Assembly: GCA_963735115.1 (NCBI GenBank)
Contig: CAVTJR010000003.1
Coordinates: 1,528,884 to 1,592,883, forward strand
Length of the DNA stretch: 64,000 bases
Source of the DNA: an uncultured Actinomycetota bacterium
Lineage (GTDB): Bacteria > Actinomycetota > Acidimicrobiia > Acidimicrobiales > Bog-793
Direction of reading: 5' to 3'
Shown: positions 61,088 to 64,000 of the stretch, in pieces
Layout of the letters: each line of letters opens with the position of its first letter
Numbering within the stretch: position 1 is the first letter of the stretch
Notes under the pieces: generated by a model
Databases searched by the model: none
What the model saw: only the letters and a program-made list of their open reading frames with translations
Told to the model about the DNA's origin: nothing
Position numbers and translations under genes: made by a program

Positions 61088-62182
61088 TCAAACGACGGCG
61101 CCCGGGAACACGATCACCGGACGCAGCTGCTCCCCCCTCTTGGCCGACGACACGGCTTCATTGATCTCCGCCAACGCGAAGCGACTGGAGATCAGCTCGT
61201 CGAGCATCAACTCCCCGGTCAGATACGACTGCGCCGCCCGGGGTATGTCGAGGCGCGGCTGCGAAGCTCCCATCTTGCTCCCGAGGATGCGGAGGCTCCC
61301 GTCGGCGATGGCGACCGGGTCGAGAGACAGTACGGTGCCGCTCGGGGGTATCCCCACGATGACGAGCGTCCCCCCCCGGCGGAGCAGGCCGAAGCCGAGC
61401 GCGCTCGCCACGCTCGAACCCGTCGCCACGAGCACGTAATCGGCCCCGTGGCCGTCCGTCAGCTCCTCCACTTGCTCTCTGGCATCGGTCAGGGAGGGGT
61501 TGAGCACGTCCGTGGCGCCGAAGAGCTTGGCAGCGGCCAGCTTGTCGTCCGAGAGGTCGAGCGCGACGATGACGGCCGCACCGGCCAGGCGGGCGCCCTG
61601 CACGCAATTGAGGCCGACCCCGCCCGTACCGACGACAACGACGGACGACCCGGGACGCACCTGAGCGGTGTTGACGACGGCCCCGAGGCCCGTGAGGACA
61701 CCGCAGGCGAGCAGGCAGGCGCGATCGAGCGGGAGCTCGCTCGGTACGACGATCGCCTGCGACGCATCCACCGTGACGAGCTCGGCGAAGGCGGCGGTGT
61801 GCATCGCCTGCAGGAGCGGACCGCCCTGGCGGGTCCGAAGCGGTGGAGACGTATCGGAGATGAAGCCGCCTTCGCACAGGGTCGGCTGCTCCCATCGACA
61901 CGGCCCGCATCGTCCGCACGAGCGGACGAGCGTAACGACGACGTGGTCACCCTGCTTGAGCACATCCACGCCGGCGCCGACGACTTCGACCACTCCGGCG
62001 CATTCGTGGCCGTAGACAGCTGGCAGGTCCCCGCCCCAGGCTCCCGACATGTAGGCGATGTCGCTGTGACACACGGCACAGGCGCTGACTCGAACTGACA
62101 CCTCGGCGGCTTCCGGCGGTCGCAGCTCGACCTCTTCGAGCTCAAGGGGACCGCCGAACTCGTGGCAGACAGCTGCGATCAC
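61088..62182 (-). CDS. Zn-dependent alcohol dehydrogenase (MDR)
   Basis: CHSD, GHE, CGRCGPC...C, ACGVLTG, GTGGVG; GTGA overlap with the upstream stop. Confidence 0.92.
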   Translation of the reverse strand: MIAAVCHEFGGPLELEEVELRPPEAAEVSVRVSACAVCHSDIAYMSGAWGGDLPAVYGHECAGVVEVVGAGVDVLKQGDHVVVTLVRSCGRCGPCRWEQPTLCEGGFISDTSPPLRTRQGGPLLQAMHTAAFAELVTVDASQAIVVPSELPLDRACLLACGVLTGLGAVVNTAQVRPGSSVVVVGTGGVGLNCVQGARLAGAAVIVALDLSDDKLAAAKLFGATDVLNPSLTDAREQVEELTDGHGADYVLVATGSSVASALGFGLLRRGGTLVIVGIPPSGTVLSLDPVAIADGSLRILGSKMGASQPRLDIPRAAQSYLTGELMLDELISSRFALAEINEAVSSAKRGEQLRPVIVFPGAVV

Positions 62183-63252
62183 TTTCCGACCCCCGGACCG
62201 TCTGCGCCATTGCGTCCGCCACCGAGAGCGCTCAGCAACGCCGGCGACCGGCGGAGGAGATCGAGGAGATAGCTCCCACGATCGGGCGTGTACCCGTTCG
62301 GGATCGACAAGGTCGCAAGTGAGCTCAACGAGTCGGCGCCGAGGCCGGCTGCCGAAAACGAGGTTGCTGTCGAGAAAAAGAGCACCGTGCCATCGTCCTT
62401 CGTGAGCAGGATCGCCGTGCCTTCGCAGCCGGTCACGTTCGTGCATACGAGCGTGAGGTCGCCCCGCCAGAGGCCGCGGGCGCCGAGCATGCCGGCGACA
62501 CCGAAGGCGTCCGTGGCGTCGGCCACAACGGTCGTGGCAGCAGGGTCAACGGCGGCTGCCCACCCGAGCGCATCGGTCGAGGGATCGATCACCGTGACGC
62601 CACCTGTTGACCCGACGGCTTCACGGGCGGCGGCGGCGGCGGCGAGGCCGGCATGGCCGGATCCGATGATGATGACATGATCGCCTGGACGGGCGAGCGA
62701 ACGTACATGCGACGCCGCCGGATACACGTCGAGGGCCGTGAGGACAACGGAGAGCGGCAGGTCGTCCGGGACAGCCGCACAGGACATCCGGCCCGTGACG
62801 ATCGCCCTGCCGCGGGCGGGCACCTGCGGGCTCGTCAGATCGACAGGGCCGACGTCGTCGAGGCGAAGTGGCGTCGCCACGAGGGAGGCGAGGGGCACCA
62901 CCCGCTGGCCGAGGAGGAGGCCAGCCTGCCAAAAACTGGCGCCGAGCACGCTGAGGTGACCGAGGAGAACACCACCGGATCCGGTGACCGGGTTGTGCAG
63001 CTTGCCTCGCTCGGCGACGATCGCTCGGATCCGCGCCGCCATGGCGTCGGCATCGTTGTCACAAGCAAGGCGGATCTGGCGGTAGCTCGTAGCGTCAAGG
63101 TTCAACATCTCGACTTCGACCTCGGCTTCGAACTCGTTGGCGGGAGCCGTGGCGTCAAGGCGATCCGCCATGTGAGGCAAGGAGCCCTTTGGCGACAGCG
63201 ACCGCTGGCTACCGAGTGCCGCCGGGTTGACGAAGTACAGGTCGCTCGTCAA
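62179..63252 (-). CDS. L-erythro-3,5-diaminohexanoate dehydrogenase (Kdd)-like protein
   Basis: PKGSLPHMADRLD, LNLDATSYRQI, RGKLHNPVTGSGGVLLG, LDVYPA, FFSTATSF, IPNGY. Start uncertain (TTG 63252). Confidence 0.75.
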   Translation of the reverse strand: MTSDLYFVNPAALGSQRSLSPKGSLPHMADRLDATAPANEFEAEVEVEMLNLDATSYRQIRLACDNDADAMAARIRAIVAERGKLHNPVTGSGGVLLGHLSVLGASFWQAGLLLGQRVVPLASLVATPLRLDDVGPVDLTSPQVPARGRAIVTGRMSCAAVPDDLPLSVVLTALDVYPAASHVRSLARPGDHVIIIGSGHAGLAAAAAAREAVGSTGGVTVIDPSTDALGWAAAVDPAATTVVADATDAFGVAGMLGARGLWRGDLTLVCTNVTGCEGTAILLTKDDGTVLFFSTATSFSAAGLGADSLSSLATLSIPNGYTPDRGSYLLDLLRRSPALLSALGGGRNGADGPGVGK

Positions 63253-63349
63253 GATGCCGAATCTAGTCTCGCCTCCCCCTCGGCTCAGCGGGCCGACGGC
63301 GACGAGTGCCGCGCCTCTTTCGCCTTGTCGGTCTTCACGGGGGCGTCTG

Positions 63350-64000
63350 TCAGCCGGGCCTGCGCTCCCGAGCGAGGGCGGCGACATCGGCCGGCAGAGC
63401 GATCGCCCGAGCAGGGTTCTCGACGAGGAGCCGCAGCCGGAGCGTCTCGTCGATTCCGAAGCGGTCCATGACCGGGACCACGTCGCGCAGGATGTGTGCG
63501 TAGCCCTCGCCCCCGTATCGCACCCAGTAGGCCTTGGAGTAGACGTCTTGGGACACGACGATGCGCTGGTCGAAGCCGAGGTCAGCCACTGCCCGGATGA
63601 GTTTGAGTCGCATGGCGTCGTTAGGCATCGCAAAGTCCGAGTACGGGTAGAAGCTCGACTCGTGCCCGAACAGGTCGAACGACACGAAGGCGCCCGCCCT
63701 GGCGAGTTCGGCGACGGCTGCCGGGTCGTCAAGGGTGCGGTCGAGGTGGCTCATGACGACACGGGCGGGGTCGGCACCGGCGCTGCTCGCCACCTCGAGC
63801 GCCTCCCTCGGAGCGGCCGGATGGCGGCCGGGGTGGATGATGAGCGCCCTTCCGGTACGTGCCTGTGCCCGTGAGGCGGCCACGAGCGCCTTGCGCTCGC
63901 ATTCGACCATGGGCCAGCTCAGGCCGATCTCGCCGATCACTCCGGCCTTGACGGCGACTCCCTGCCGATCTGACGGCACGCCGTCGACACAGTCGGAGAC
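63350..64000 (-). CDS. Phosphotriesterase-family (PTE/PHP) protein, 5'-partial
   Basis: GVIGEIG, IHPG, SHLDR, FDLFG, SQDV, NPARA; frame runs off the window end. Confidence 0.88.
   Translation of the reverse strand, partial: VSDCVDGVPSDRQGVAVKAGVIGEIGLSWPMVECERKALVAASRAQARTGRALIIHPGRHPAAPREALEVASSAGADPARVVMSHLDRTLDDPAAVAELARAGAFVSFDLFGHESSFYPYSDFAMPNDAMRLKLIRAVADLGFDQRIVVSQDVYSKAYWVRYGGEGYAHILRDVVPVMDRFGIDETLRLRLLVENPARAIALPADVAALARERRPG

Overview
High-GC window whose gene content suggests an actinobacterium, probably Acidimicrobiia (inference). It has five parts. (1) 1-3.9 kb: [NiFe]-hydrogenase maturation genes (hypF fragment, hypD, hypC, frameshifted hypA, a YceI-like gene, a 34-aa membrane peptide), apparently eroding. 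(2) 3.9-7.3 kb: an ACP-acyl-AMP ligase-acyltransferase fusion and an Hsp20 gene. (3) 7.5-41.4 kb: a ~34-kb purine uptake and catabolism island with adenine deaminase, two molybdenum hydroxylases, an LLM/F420-type oxidoreductase, SsnA- and HyuA-like amidohydrolases, two transcarbamylases plus carbamate kinase, two fold-II PLP enzymes, GDH, a BMP-type ABC importer, an NCS1 permease and a degenerate PGK. It resembles the enteric/clostridial anaerobic urate cluster, but ygfK, ygeY and canonical ygeX are absent. (4) 41.4-60 kb: mixed accessory genes, including a frameshifted MgtE-N gene and an NRAMP gene behind a candidate RBS-sequestering RNA switch. (5) 60-64 kb: a PTE/Kdd-like/Zn-ADH/enolase-superfamily operon. 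The strongest non-coding signal is a 14-bp DevR/DosR-like palindromic box found 13 times in intergenic DNA; 11 copies lie 23-24 nt upstream of an N-A-N-N-N-T -10-like hexamer, which suggests the island is a hypoxia-activated regulon. No rRNA, tRNA, CRISPR or transposase was seen. All calls come from motif recognition by eye, without database searches.
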